Part shown: in pieces, positions 40,154 through 49,702 of the stretch
Position numbering within the stretch: the stretch's first letter is position 1
Layout of the letters: each line of letters begins with the position of its first letter
Assembly (NCBI GenBank): GCA_036491235.1
Contig: DASXCK010000472.1
Location: 1 to 59,203 of the forward strand
DNA length: 59,203 bases
Origin: Xanthobacteraceae bacterium
Lineage (GTDB): Bacteria > Pseudomonadota > Alphaproteobacteria > Rhizobiales > Xanthobacteraceae
Direction: 5' to 3'
Position numbers and translations under genes: made by a program
Notes under the pieces: generated by a model
Told to the model about the DNA's origin: nothing
Databases searched by the model: none
Seen by the model: only the letters and a program-made list of their open reading frames with translations

Positions 40154-40612
40154 ATGATGATCCCCCGCCAAGAGCCCGTGACCGGCCGCGAAACAGCCGA
40201 TCCGGCGACGACGCTCGGCGCGCTCGCGGAATTCTATCGCGCGTTCAACGCGCGCGATTTGGCATTGATGTCGCAGAACTGGCTAAATACCGAGGAAGCC
40301 TCGATGGACAATCCCCTGGGCGGCATCCGCCGCGGGTGGGACGAGATTGCGCCGGTCTATCAACGCATCTTCGCGAGCGCGGCGACCGTCACTGTCGAGT
40401 TCTTCGACTACACGCTGCACGAGACCGCGGACGGTTTCCTCGTGGTCGGTCGCGAACGCGGAACGCTCAAGAGCCCAAAAGCAACGATCGACCTCAAGAT
40501 CCGCACCAGCCGGTGGTTCAAGCGCGTGGATGGGCGCTGGCGCCAACTGCACCATCACGGATCGATCGAGGACGCTGATCTCCTCGCCAGATACCAAGCC
40601 GCCGTCCGCTGA
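40154..40612 (+). CDS. SnoaL/NTF2-like (DUF4440-type) protein
   Basis: ORF 40106..40612 trimmed to MMIPRQ behind AAGGAG. LAEFYRAFNARDLALMSQNW... and RTSRWFKRVDGRWRQLHHHGS are typical of NTF2-like cones. Confidence 0.7.
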   Translation: MMIPRQEPVTGRETADPATTLGALAEFYRAFNARDLALMSQNWLNTEEASMDNPLGGIRRGWDEIAPVYQRIFASAATVTVEFFDYTLHETADGFLVVGRERGTLKSPKATIDLKIRTSRWFKRVDGRWRQLHHHGSIEDADLLARYQAAVR

Positions 40613-40918
40613 TGGAGAGAGTCCCGGGGATGCTTCTTGTCCCCTGCGGTGGCGTCCGGCTGTGCGGCGTACCATCGAGATCGCTTCTGGGACGCTCTCT
40701 TTAGATTCGGGTACCGGACAACGTGACCGCAACGGTCACGATCCGCTCGAGTATGTATGCCACCTGGGGGCCGGCTAAGCGGTATAAGCGGCGAGGCCCG
40801 CGCTTTTCGCGCTTGCCGTCTGCGGCGTGACGCCCGCGACAGCTGCAAGTTCGCTCGCCCGGTTCGACGTTCTCACGAGTATTGGAAGTCCGGCGGGACG
40901 GCCGCTCATCCCAGTGGC

Positions 40919-41647
40919 CTATCCATAAGTCGGTCGCTGCGGCCAGCCCGGGGGAGAGTCTTCGAAGTCCTGCTGCCGTCCATACGGCGTCATATCGAGC
41001 AGGCTGCGGACGTCGGTCAGGGTCTCGGTGCCGCGTGCATAAGCCGAATAAGTGTGGAAGACCTCGTCGCCCAGCCTGAAGAACACGCTGAGGCCATGCT
41101 CCTCGCCCTCCGTGGCGTTGGGAGCGCCGCTCGCCGCCAACTCCGCCCGTTCGCGATAGTTGTATTCGACGGGTGCGACCTTCTCGTCATTGGTCACGTG
41201 AAAATCATAGTTGAAGTCGCTGCCGAACGAAGAAAACCAAGGGAGCTTCCATCCCCTTTCGGCTTTGTAGGATTCGAGCTTCGAAAGCGGAGCGCGCGAC
41301 ACGAGGACGAAGGTCGTGTCGAGGGCGTTCAGCCGTGACAGGTCACCGATCGCATCGACATGCCGCGTGCAAGCCGGACAGCCTTTGGTCCACGCGGGAT
41401 CGAACATGAAGTGATAGACGATGAGCTGCCGGCGGCCCTCGAACAGGGCGGCGAGGCTTTGTTTCCCGGCGGGCCCGTCGAAGACATAGTCCTTGTCGAT
41501 CTTCACCATTGGCAGCCTGCGCCGTTCGGCATTGATGCGGTCCCGGTGCTTGGTCAGCTCCTTTTCATGGGCCAGGAGTCGCTTCCGTTCGACGAGCCAC
41601 TGGTCTCGAGATGCCACCGGCGGATGCGGAATCTTGGTTGCGGTCAT
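40919..41647 (-). CDS. DUF899 (thioredoxin-like) family protein
   Basis: ORF 40919..41665 trimmed to [59 protein letters not shown]...GCPACT and [16 protein letters not shown]. Confidence 0.85.
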   Translation of the reverse strand: MTATKIPHPPVASRDQWLVERKRLLAHEKELTKHRDRINAERRRLPMVKIDKDYVFDGPAGKQSLAALFEGRRQLIVYHFMFDPAWTKGCPACTRHVDAIGDLSRLNALDTTFVLVSRAPLSKLESYKAERGWKLPWFSSFGSDFNYDFHVTNDEKVAPVEYNYRERAELAASGAPNATEGEEHGLSVFFRLGDEVFHTYSAYARGTETLTDVRSLLDMTPYGRQQDFEDSPPGWPQRPTYG

Positions 41648-41784
41648 CGTACCTCTCCTGCACATGGGTCACAAAGCGAAGACGAGCCGGGATGGCCAAA
41701 GGATTCGGCGGGATTCAATTTTTTGTTTGCGTCATGTTCCATTCAGTTTGCCGAGACCCTTCGGACCCTTCCCAAGCAATATCG

Positions 41785-43221
41785 TCATGCGGCCCGCACG
41801 GGACGCGGCAGCCACATGGCCGCGATCGCGCCGGCGAAGGAGAGCAGCGCCATGACGGCGCCGGCGGCGGCGAATCCGTGGCTGAAGTCCGCGGCATTGG
41901 CGCGGCTGCCGAGCAGGGCGAATGCCGCAACCGCAACCGCGACCCCGAAAGCGCCGCCCAGTTGTCGGATCATGCTGAGAACGCCGGACGCCTTGCCGAT
42001 CTGCGCGGGCGCGACGGAGCTGACGACGCTCTTCTGGACGATCGGGATCGCCAGGCCGAATCCGATGCCCGCCGCGATCATCGGCACGACCATGGCGCCG
42101 TACGCGGTCGTCGGGGTGGCGACGAACGCGAGCCAGGCGAGGCCTACGCCCTGCAACGCCAGTCCAAGCACGGCCGTGATCTGCTCGCCGAACCGTCCCG
42201 CAAAAGCAGCAGCGCGCGGCGCGGTCACGAAGAGCGCGATGCCCCACGGCAGCAGGCGCAGGCCGGCATTGAGCGCATCCTGCTTGAGGACGACCTGCTG
42301 GTATTGCGCCATGAAGAAGATCGCGCCCATGACGGCGGCATTCAAAAGGAACATCGTCGCATTGCCGGCCGCAAACGGTGTGATCTTGAACAGGCTCATC
42401 GGCACCATCGGCTCGGCGCAGCGCAGCTCCCAGGGCACGAACGCAATCGCGCAGGCCGCGCCGGCCGCAAGGAGCGCGATCGTCTGCACGTTCGCCCAGC
42501 CGAGATCGTTGCCTTGCACGAGCCCCAGCACGAGGCTGAGCACGCCGGCCGTGACGAGGCCGAGCCCGACGATGTCGGCGCTCGCGGGCGGCCCGAACGC
42601 TTCGGGCAGCCGTCGGAAGGAAAAAAGCGCCGCGACGAGGCCGATCGGCACGTTGAGCCAGAAGATCCATTGCCACGCGAGCCCGTAGGTGATCGCGCCG
42701 CCGACGACCGGACCCAGCACGCTGGAAAGCGCCGTGACGCTGCTGTAGATGCCGAGCGCCCAGCTGCGCTGCTCGGGTGGAAAAGCGGCCGTCACCTGCG
42801 CGAGCGCCATCGGCATCAGTATGGCGGCGCCGACGCCCTGAATCGCGCGGGCCGCGATCAGCCAGCCGACGCTGTTCGCCACGGCGCAGCCGGCCGAGGC
42901 TGCGGTGAAGAGCAGGAGCCCGCCCACGAACATCCGCCGGCGGCCGAAGCGGTCGCCCGCGACGGCGGCGGTCATGAGCAGGACCGCGAAGGTCAGCGTA
43001 TAGGCGTTGACGGTCCACCCGAGTGCCTCGACCGGGGCATGGAAGTCCCTGCCGATCTGGTCGAGCGCGGTCGAGACGATGAGCACGTCGAGGGCAATCA
43101 TCAGGGACGCGACCGACGTGAGAGCAAGCACCCAGATCTGGGTTGTGCTCTGAGCCTTCCAGGTTCCGGCTTTTTTCTGAATCGAGTGGGTCAATGTTGC
43201 CTCCTTTGGCGGCTGCATCAC
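41785..43221 (-). CDS. MFS transporter, DHA2 (EmrB/QacA, 14-TM) family
   Basis: ORF 41785..43221, 478 aa. LDVLIVSTALDQIGRDF, VAGDRFGRRRMFVGGLLLF and ARAIQGVGAAILMPMALA. Confidence 0.9.
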   Translation of the reverse strand: MMQPPKEATLTHSIQKKAGTWKAQSTTQIWVLALTSVASLMIALDVLIVSTALDQIGRDFHAPVEALGWTVNAYTLTFAVLLMTAAVAGDRFGRRRMFVGGLLLFTAASAGCAVANSVGWLIAARAIQGVGAAILMPMALAQVTAAFPPEQRSWALGIYSSVTALSSVLGPVVGGAITYGLAWQWIFWLNVPIGLVAALFSFRRLPEAFGPPASADIVGLGLVTAGVLSLVLGLVQGNDLGWANVQTIALLAAGAACAIAFVPWELRCAEPMVPMSLFKITPFAAGNATMFLLNAAVMGAIFFMAQYQQVVLKQDALNAGLRLLPWGIALFVTAPRAAAFAGRFGEQITAVLGLALQGVGLAWLAFVATPTTAYGAMVVPMIAAGIGFGLAIPIVQKSVVSSVAPAQIGKASGVLSMIRQLGGAFGVAVAVAAFALLGSRANAADFSHGFAAAGAVMALLSFAGAIAAMWLPRPVRAA

Positions 43222-43375
43222 GCCTGGGCGAGAACCGAGACGTGCTGCGCGGAGGACGACGGGCGCGCGCCGAAGGATGCGGCGGCGGGAGGCGAATTAT
43301 TTTTGCGCGGTACGGAATCCTTTGCGGGTCGCGCAACGTCTCGGGACCAGTGCAACCAAGCGAAAGGGCAAGACC

Positions 43376-43666
43376 ATGTCGCACAGGCTCATCCGCTATC
43401 GTGCCAAGCCAGAAAAAGCCGATGAAAACCAACGGCTTGTGGAGGGTGTTTTCCGCGAGCTGCACGCCAAATCGCCGCCCGATGTCCGTTATCTGGTGCT
43501 GCGACTGAGCGATGGAACCTTCTGTCACCTGGTCGAGGACGGCGCGAAAGTCGTTCCCAATCTCGACGCCTTCGATGCGTTCCGCCGCGGCGGCGAGGAG
43601 CGTCGGCTCGACGAGCCGCAGCAGCTCGGGGCGACGGTGGTCGGCAACTATCGTATGCTGACGTGA
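43376..43666 (+). CDS. Small hypothetical protein (96 aa), possibly an ABM/ferredoxin-like fold
   Basis: ORF 43277..43666 trimmed to MSHRLIRYRAKPEKADENQRLVEGVFRELHAKSPPDVRYLVLRLSDGTFCHLVE.... It lies 97 bp upstream of the ECF sigma gene on the same strand. The function is a guess. Confidence 0.45.
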   Translation: MSHRLIRYRAKPEKADENQRLVEGVFRELHAKSPPDVRYLVLRLSDGTFCHLVEDGAKVVPNLDAFDAFRRGGEERRLDEPQQLGATVVGNYRMLT

Positions 43667-43763
43667 CGCTTGGCGCATGTTCTCGCCCACGAACCGGTGC
43701 CCACCCCCCGATCAAGTCGGGGGCCGGCTCGCCGGAACATGCGCGCCCGTGAGCCCGAACCGC

Positions 43764-44681
43764 ATGAACCCCACTGACGAAGACAGTGCGTCGGCTTCCG
43801 CGCCGTTCGACGCGGAAGCCCTCAACCACCTGCTCGTGCGGCTGCGGCCGCGGCTGCATCGTTACTGCGCGCGCATGCTCGGCTCCGTGATCGACGCCGA
43901 GGACGTCGTGCAGGAGGCGTCGATCAAGGCCATCGAGGCCCTGAAGGGGCCGGTGGCGGTCGAGAAACCGGAAGCCTGGCTGTTTCAGGTCGCCCACAAC
44001 ACGGCGCTCGATCTCCTGCGCCGACGCGCGCGCCAGCCGCGGTTCGGCGGCGACGAGGAGCTTGCCATGATCTCGGACCCGATCGACGACGTGCATCAGC
44101 GCGAGGCCGCGGCGGCCGGGCTGCATGTCTTCATGCGCCTGCCGGTGGCGCAACGCAGCAGCGTCATCCTGATGGACGTTCTCGGCTACTCGCTGGACGA
44201 GGTCAGCGGCATCATGGGGAGCACCATTCCGGCCGTGAAGGCGGCACTGCATCGTGGCCGCGAGCGGTTGCGCGCGGCCATCGATGAACCGGACGACCGG
44301 CCGCCGCCCGTGCTCGATGACGCCGAAAGGGCGCGGCTGGCGGCCTATGTGGAGCGGTTCAATTCACGCGACTTCGGCGCGCTGCGCGACATGCTGGCCG
44401 AGGATGTCCGCGTCGAGCTCGTGACGCGCACGCAGCTGCGCGGCCGCGCGGAAGTCAGCGAGCGCTATTTCGGCAATTATTCCCGCGCCCATGACTGGCA
44501 CTTCGAGCCCGGCTTCGTCGATCGCCGGCCCGCGCTCATCGCGCGCGACCCGAACGACCCGCTGCGTCGGCCGACCTATTTCATGCTGCTCGCCTGGTCG
44601 GCCGGCGAGGTCTCTGCCATCCGCGATTTCCGCCACGCGCCATATGTGGTCGAAGGCGCCGAGGTGCTCGGTCTCGCGTAA
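43764..44681 (+). CDS. ECF-type sigma-70 factor with a fused C-terminal SnoaL/NTF2-like domain
   Basis: ORF 43677..44681 (start MNPTDED or the GTG at 43749). Region 2 is RYCARMLGSVIDAEDVVQEASIKA...AWLFQVAHNTALDLLRR. Region 4 is QRSSVILMDVLGYSLDEVSGIMGSTIPAVKAALHRGR. About 130 extra aa start at LAAYVERFNSRDFGALRDML. Confidence 0.85.
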   Translation: MNPTDEDSASASAPFDAEALNHLLVRLRPRLHRYCARMLGSVIDAEDVVQEASIKAIEALKGPVAVEKPEAWLFQVAHNTALDLLRRRARQPRFGGDEELAMISDPIDDVHQREAAAAGLHVFMRLPVAQRSSVILMDVLGYSLDEVSGIMGSTIPAVKAALHRGRERLRAAIDEPDDRPPPVLDDAERARLAAYVERFNSRDFGALRDMLAEDVRVELVTRTQLRGRAEVSERYFGNYSRAHDWHFEPGFVDRRPALIARDPNDPLRRPTYFMLLAWSAGEVSAIRDFRHAPYVVEGAEVLGLA

Positions 44682-44860
44682 AATCGGCCGCTGGCGGTCC
44701 TTCGCCTTTTGGCAACGACCGCCCACGGGTCGTGCGCTTCGATCTCGCCTCTCCCGCGCACCCGGCTGGCGCCGCGCCTTTTCGATGTCACCTGCCAAAG
44801 GAACGTTCGGCCAACGAGAAGACATCGGCACGATGCGGCGCCGTGCGGCACACTTTCCTG

Positions 44861-45517
44861 TCAGTCCCGATCGGCAGGCGCGCCGAGCGGAAACATGTGC
44901 CGATAGGGACGCGCCTCATCCAACGCGCGGGCATAGCTCGGGCGCGCGAGGAGCCTACGGCGATAGGCATGGACGGCGGCAAAGCGCGCGGGGATCGGGT
45001 GGGTCCAGTCGGCGTAGAGGAGCGCCGGCGCGGCCGCGCAGTCGGCCAGGCTGAAGCTTTCGCCGGCCGCCCAGGTGCGATCTTTCATGCGGTCGTCGAG
45101 AAGCGCGTAAGAGGTTTCGAGCATCGATTTCCACGCCGCGCCGCCCTTGCCGTCGTCGGGCTCGCGTCCGATCGCCATGAGCACCACCCGCCCCTGCGGA
45201 TAGCTGACATAGTTGTCGAAGAAGCGGTCCCACATGCGCACCTCGGCGGCGAGCCGCGGGTCCGCGGGAATCAGACGCGCCTTCTCGGGGAAACGCGCCT
45301 CGAGATACTCGATGATGCCGGTCGCCTCGAACACGAACTCGCCGTCGGCGACGATCACGGGGAAGCGTCGGAGCGGCCATAGCGTGGCCCACTCGGTCGC
45401 GACCGGCTCCGAGCCGTCGATCATCTTCGAGTCGAACGCAATGCCCTTCTCGTACAGGGCGGTCTTCGCCTTCTGCACATAGGAGGAGAGCGGGTGCTCG
45501 TAGAACGCAATGGTCAT
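44861..45517 (-). CDS. Glutathione S-transferase family protein
   Basis: ORF 44861..45517, 218 aa. N-terminal thioredoxin-like fold (YEHPLSSYVQKAKTALYEKGIAF...FPVIVADGEFVFEATGIIEYL) and a helical C-domain. Confidence 0.9.
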   Translation of the reverse strand: MTIAFYEHPLSSYVQKAKTALYEKGIAFDSKMIDGSEPVATEWATLWPLRRFPVIVADGEFVFEATGIIEYLEARFPEKARLIPADPRLAAEVRMWDRFFDNYVSYPQGRVVLMAIGREPDDGKGGAAWKSMLETSYALLDDRMKDRTWAAGESFSLADCAAAPALLYADWTHPIPARFAAVHAYRRRLLARPSYARALDEARPYRHMFPLGAPADRD

Positions 45518-45526
45518 GACGTGTTC

Positions 45527-46168
45527 CTATCGGCTGAGAACGATGTGGGTGGCGAACTCGGTCGCCTGGTGTTCGGTGACGCGGTAGCCGAGCGCCGGCA
45601 GATCGATGCCGGCGAACGTCGCTTCGCCTTTCCCGAGCACGACGGGCGACAGGGCGAAATGCAGGTCGTCGATCACGCCGGCGCGAAGATATTGACGTAT
45701 CGTCTCGACGCCGCCGCCGATCTTCACATCGCGACCGCCGGCGGCGCGCTTCGCCTGGTCCAGCGCCGCCTCGATGCCCTCGGTCACGAAGATGAAGGTG
45801 GTGCCGCCTTCCATCTCGATCGGATCACGCCGATGGTGGGTCAGCACGAAGGTCGGCGCATGATAGGGCGGATTGGGGCCCCACCAGCCTTTCCATTCGT
45901 TGTTCGGCCAGGGCCCGCGAACGGGTCCGAACATATTGCGGCCGAGGATGAACGCGCCGAACCCGTCCATCGAACGGTGGGCGTAGTGCTCATCGGTGCC
46001 GTCGGAGCCTCCGCCCTGGCCCGTCATGGCGCGGAACGTGCGAGTGTCGAAGAGCCATTGGTGGAGCTCCAGCCCGCGCTTGCCGAGCGGATTTTCCAGA
46101 CTTTGCTCGGGCCCTGCTCCGAAGCCGTCGAGCGAGACCGAAAAGCCCGCCACACGAATTCTCGTCAT
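45527..46168 (-). CDS. Dihydrofolate-reductase-like (RibD C-terminal domain) family protein
   Basis: ORF 45527..46216 trimmed to MTRIRVAGFSVSLDGFGAGP.... FILGRNMF and IGGGVETIRQYLRAGVIDDLHFALSPVVLGKG. Confidence 0.85.
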   Translation of the reverse strand: MTRIRVAGFSVSLDGFGAGPEQSLENPLGKRGLELHQWLFDTRTFRAMTGQGGGSDGTDEHYAHRSMDGFGAFILGRNMFGPVRGPWPNNEWKGWWGPNPPYHAPTFVLTHHRRDPIEMEGGTTFIFVTEGIEAALDQAKRAAGGRDVKIGGGVETIRQYLRAGVIDDLHFALSPVVLGKGEATFAGIDLPALGYRVTEHQATEFATHIVLSR

Positions 46169-46239
46169 AGATCCTCCGACCGATTGCAATTCGAGAGCAG
46201 TTGAGAAATAACGCAACTGATCCTATATTGCAACTAGTC

Positions 46240-46743
46240 ATGGATACCACCCGATCCGGCTGCCCGATCAACCTCTCGCTCGAAGTCCTGGGCGACCGCT
46301 GGAGCCTGATCGTCATCCGCGACCTCATGTTCGGCAATCGCCGCCACTTCCGCGAGTTATTGGGGCATTCGAACGAGGGGATCGCCTCCAACATCCTGGC
46401 CGACCGCCTCAAGCGGCTCGTGTCGGTCGGCGTGCTCTCGCGCCGTGACGATCCGACCCACAAGCAAAAGGCGGTCTACAGCCTGACCGAGATGGGCATC
46501 GAGCTCCTGCCCCTGCTGGTTGCGATGGGCGCCTGGGGGCGACGCTATCTGCCCACCACGCCCGAGCTCGCCATCCGGCAGCAGCTCCTGGAAGAAGGCG
46601 GCCCGCGCTTGTGGGCGGATTTCATGACCGAGCTGCGCTTCCTGCACGTCGGCAAGCCGCTGCCGAAGGGACACAAGAGCGTGCTCGGCCGACTGCAAGC
46701 CGCCTTCGACCGCGTCGCCGCCAAGCAATCACGTCAGGTCTAG
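46240..46743 (+). CDS. HxlR family transcriptional regulator
   Basis: ORF 46201..46743 trimmed to MDTTRSGCPINLSLEVLGDRWSLIVIRDLMFGNRRHFRELL...IASNILADRLKRLV. It is divergent from the RibD_C/GST pair. Confidence 0.85.
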   Translation: MDTTRSGCPINLSLEVLGDRWSLIVIRDLMFGNRRHFRELLGHSNEGIASNILADRLKRLVSVGVLSRRDDPTHKQKAVYSLTEMGIELLPLLVAMGAWGRRYLPTTPELAIRQQLLEEGGPRLWADFMTELRFLHVGKPLPKGHKSVLGRLQAAFDRVAAKQSRQV

Positions 46744-47204
46744 CGACACGCCCGATAGCCGAAGCGCGAGATGATCTCGCGGCCCGAGATCGCGTGGAAT
46801 TCGAACGTGTCCATGAAATGACGGGCGAGGACATACTGGCGCAAGGCCGGATTGTAGGCAGCCAGCATGTGCTGCGTCGAGCCAGGGTTCATGCGGGCTC
46901 GCTTGGGGCTGCCGCCCGCGTGAAAGAGCAGCGTCGCGTTCGGCGTGATGCAGACGTTGCGGATCGACAGGAAGATCGTGCACGCCGACTGGCAATGGCT
47001 GTCGATGCGGAAGCGCTCGCCCGAGGCGTTGTACTGTTCGACGACCGCATCGAAGCGTCCCATCTCGCCCGCTCGCGCGCCCATTCCCATGTGCAGCGCC
47101 GAGACCGAGCCTTCGGCGCGCGCCGGCGCAGGCGCGAATGCCGTGAGGGCACAGAGAAGCAGGAGCGCGCCCAGCGCGCGCGTCGGCCGGTGTAATTCGA
47201 TCAT
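46740..47204 (-). CDS. Secreted hypothetical protein (154 aa)
   Basis: C-terminal 154 codons of ORF 46740..47858. Signal peptide MIELHRPTRALGALLLLCALTAFAPAPARAEG, with Cys-containing core IDSHCQSACTIFLSIRNVCITPNATLLFH. I recognise no family. Confidence 0.5.
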   Translation of the reverse strand: MIELHRPTRALGALLLLCALTAFAPAPARAEGSVSALHMGMGARAGEMGRFDAVVEQYNASGERFRIDSHCQSACTIFLSIRNVCITPNATLLFHAGGSPKRARMNPGSTQHMLAAYNPALRQYVLARHFMDTFEFHAISGREIISRFGYRACR

Positions 47205-47308
47205 GATCTCCCTCCTGAAATGGATTGGCGTTGCGACCGCCCCTCGTGCTGATCGAGCAGCCCTGAAATACTGGAAACGACCCGGCTGCGTCTTGGCTGG
47301 GAGGGAAG

Positions 47309-48532
47309 TCAGCGCTCGTCGGCGATCACTTTTCCGTCGTTCGGCAGGCTTCCGGGCGCGACCAGCCTCACGTCGCCGCGCAGTTTCGTCGCCGATTGCA
47401 GTGTCGCGGCAATGGCTTCCGCCAAATCCGCCGCCGGCGCCGGGCATTCGGCCGACAAGGTCATGACGTCCTGCTCCCCCGCCCGCGTCACCGTGAGCCG
47501 CACGCGGCCGAGCCCGGGATGGCGGCGCGCGACCTCGGCGACCTGGCCGGGATGGACGAACATGCCCTTGATCTTGGTGGTCTGGTCGGCGCGGCCCATC
47601 CATCCCTTGATGCGCATGTTGGTGCGCCCGCAGGGCGAGGGATCGGGCAGCACGGCGGAGAGATCGCCGGTCGCGAGGCGGATCATCGGATAGTCGGCAT
47701 TGAACGAGGTCACGACCACCTCGCCGACCTCGCCCTCGGCGGCCGGAATGCCGGTGCCGGGACGCACGATCTCGACGATCACGTGCTCGTTGACGACCAT
47801 GCCGTCGCGCGCCGCCGTCTCGTAGGCGAGCACGCCGACCTCGGCGATCGCGTAGCACTGAAGCGTCGCGACCCCGCGGCCGTCGAGCTCGGCGCGCAGC
47901 GACGGCGGCAGCGCGGCGGCGGAAACGAGGGCACGCTTGAGCGACGAGGCGTCCTTGTCGCCCGCCTGCGCGGCGTCGAGCAGGACTTTCAAGAAATCAG
48001 GGGTGCCGACGTAGCCGGACGGCTTGAAATGGACGATCGCGTCGACCTGCATCTCGGTATTGCCGACGCCGCCCGGAACGACGGCGCAGCCGAGCGCCTG
48101 CAGGCCGGTCTCGAGGATGAAGGCGCCGGGCGTGAGATGATACGAGAAGGAGTTGTGCACGACGTCGCCGGCGCGGAAGCCGGCCGCATAGAGGGCGCGC
48201 GCCACGCCGTAGTGATCGGGCCCGGCACCCTGCGGCTCGAAGATCGGGCCGGGCGACATCAGGAGGCGCCGCATCCTGCCGGGCGGCGTGATGTTGAAGC
48301 CGCCGAACGGCGGCGATGCCTTCTGCAGCGCGACAAGATCGGATTTGCGCAGCAGCGGAAGCTCGGCGAACGCCGCGCGCGACGTGACGGTTTCGGGATC
48401 GATGCCCGCGAGGTGCTTCGCCCAACCGGGTGCCGCCAGCGCGCGGGAGACCAAATCGGCGAGCGCGGTCGTCTGCTCGCGCGCGCGCAGGTCGCGATCG
48501 CGGGTTTCGAGTTGGTCGTAGTGTTGGGACAT
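47309..48532 (-). CDS. Phenylacetate--CoA ligase family (PaaK/F390-synthetase-like) adenylate-forming enzyme
   Basis: ORF 47309..48532, 407 aa. FAELPLLRKSDL, SFSYHLTPGAF, GYVGTPDF and IKGMFVHPGQV. It is the last gene of the ABC operon. Confidence 0.8.
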   Translation of the reverse strand: MSQHYDQLETRDRDLRAREQTTALADLVSRALAAPGWAKHLAGIDPETVTSRAAFAELPLLRKSDLVALQKASPPFGGFNITPPGRMRRLLMSPGPIFEPQGAGPDHYGVARALYAAGFRAGDVVHNSFSYHLTPGAFILETGLQALGCAVVPGGVGNTEMQVDAIVHFKPSGYVGTPDFLKVLLDAAQAGDKDASSLKRALVSAAALPPSLRAELDGRGVATLQCYAIAEVGVLAYETAARDGMVVNEHVIVEIVRPGTGIPAAEGEVGEVVVTSFNADYPMIRLATGDLSAVLPDPSPCGRTNMRIKGWMGRADQTTKIKGMFVHPGQVAEVARRHPGLGRVRLTVTRAGEQDVMTLSAECPAPAADLAEAIAATLQSATKLRGDVRLVAPGSLPNDGKVIADER

Positions 48533-48603
48533 GGCGAGGAGGCTCGCAGTAGCTTTGTTTGCTTCCGATGCTGCGCACCAGCGGCGCGGCGGTCACTGCG
48601 GGC

Positions 48604-48697
48604 ATTCTCCCCGCTTGCGGGGGAGAATGGAAAAGGGGGAGCTGCAAGCACGGAGCAAGCGGTTTCCCCCTCCCTACCCTCCCCCGAAAGGGGGAGG
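48604..48697. repeat. REP-E copy 1
   Basis: Hairpins ATTCTCCCC-N6-GGGGAGAAT (48604-48628) and CCTCCCCC-GAAA-GGGGGAGG (48678-48697). Confidence 0.7.
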
Positions 48698-48732
48698 AGG
48701 AAGGGTCATGAACAAGCGGTCGCATTACCCGC

Positions 48733-49566
48733 TCACGCCAGCCATCGCTTACGCCGCTTGTAATGCTTCACGTCGCGGAAGCTCTTGCGCCGGCCCTCCG
48801 CGATGCCGAGGTAGAACTCCTTCACGTCCTCGTTGGCGGCGAGCGATTTCGCCTCGCCGTCCATGACGATTCGGCCGCTCTCGAGGATGTAGCCGTAGCT
48901 CGCATATTTCAGCGCCATGTTGGTGTTCTGCTCGGCGAGCAGAAAGGAGACGCCCTCGCGCGCATTGAGGTCGCGCACGATGTCGAAGATTTCCGCCACG
49001 ATTTGCGGCGCGAGGCCCATCGAGGGCTCGTCGAGCAGGATCATTTTTGGACGCGACATCAGCGCGCGGCCAAGGGCGCACATCTGCTGCTCGCCGCCCG
49101 AGGTATAGCCCGCGATCGCGCTGCGGCGCTCCTTGAGGCGCGGAAAGTAGCCGTAGACGCGCTCGAGGTCGGCATGGATCGCGGCGTTGCCGTCGCGCCG
49201 CGTGAAGGCCCCGGTGAGGAGGTTCTCCTCCACGGTCAGATGCGCAAAACACTGGCGGCCTTCCATCACCTGGATGCAGCCGCGCCGCACCAGCACGTTG
49301 GGCGAGAGCGCGTGCACGGCAGTGCCGTCGAACACGATCGAGCCCTTGGTGACCTCGCCGCGCTCGGCGTGCAGCAGGTTGGAGATCGCCTTCAGCGTCG
49401 TCGTCTTGCCGGCGCCATTGGCGCCGAGCAGCGCCACGATCGCGCCCTTGGGAACGCTGAGCGAGACGCCCTTGAGCACCAGGATGACGCGGTCGTAGAC
49501 GACCTCGACGTTGTTGAGAGCGAGGATGGGCTGGACGAGAGCCGGTTGAGCGTCGGACATTGGCAA
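48733..49566 (-). CDS. Branched-chain amino acid-type ABC transporter ATP-binding protein (LivF-like)
   Basis: ORF 48733..49566, 277 aa. Walker A GANGAGKTTT, signature YTSGGEQQM, Walker B ILLDEPSMGLAP. Confidence 0.9.
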   Translation of the reverse strand: MPMSDAQPALVQPILALNNVEVVYDRVILVLKGVSLSVPKGAIVALLGANGAGKTTTLKAISNLLHAERGEVTKGSIVFDGTAVHALSPNVLVRRGCIQVMEGRQCFAHLTVEENLLTGAFTRRDGNAAIHADLERVYGYFPRLKERRSAIAGYTSGGEQQMCALGRALMSRPKMILLDEPSMGLAPQIVAEIFDIVRDLNAREGVSFLLAEQNTNMALKYASYGYILESGRIVMDGEAKSLAANEDVKEFYLGIAEGRRKSFRDVKHYKRRKRWLA

Positions 49567-49589
49567 TGTGATCTTTGCACCGCGCCTGC

Positions 49590-49692
49590 GCTCCCCGCCG
49601 GGGGGAGGGTCGGGGTGAGGGGCGCTCGGAGCCGATGATCGGACTCCGAGATTCCCTCACCCGGCTCGCCACCTCTCCCCGACGGAGAGAGG
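49590..49692. repeat. REP-E copy 2
   Basis: CTCCCC-N-GGGGAG, a long hairpin GGTGAGGGgcgCTCGGAGCCGATgATCGGaCTCCGAGattCCCTCACC (49614-49661), and CTCTCC-N5-GGAGAG. Confidence 0.75.
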
Positions 49693-49702
49693 GTCAAGGA
49701 AG

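Noticed and set aside
41611-43425. A 604-aa plus-strand ORF.
   Set aside because: It lies entirely antisense to the clearly real 14-TM MFS gene, with an extreme Arg/Gly/Asp/Glu composition. It is a GC-driven shadow ORF.
46740-46743. Convergent HxlR and secreted-hypothetical genes sharing overlapping stop codons in the palindrome CTAG.
   Set aside because: This is real but trivial. A 4-bp convergent overlap has no evident regulatory meaning.
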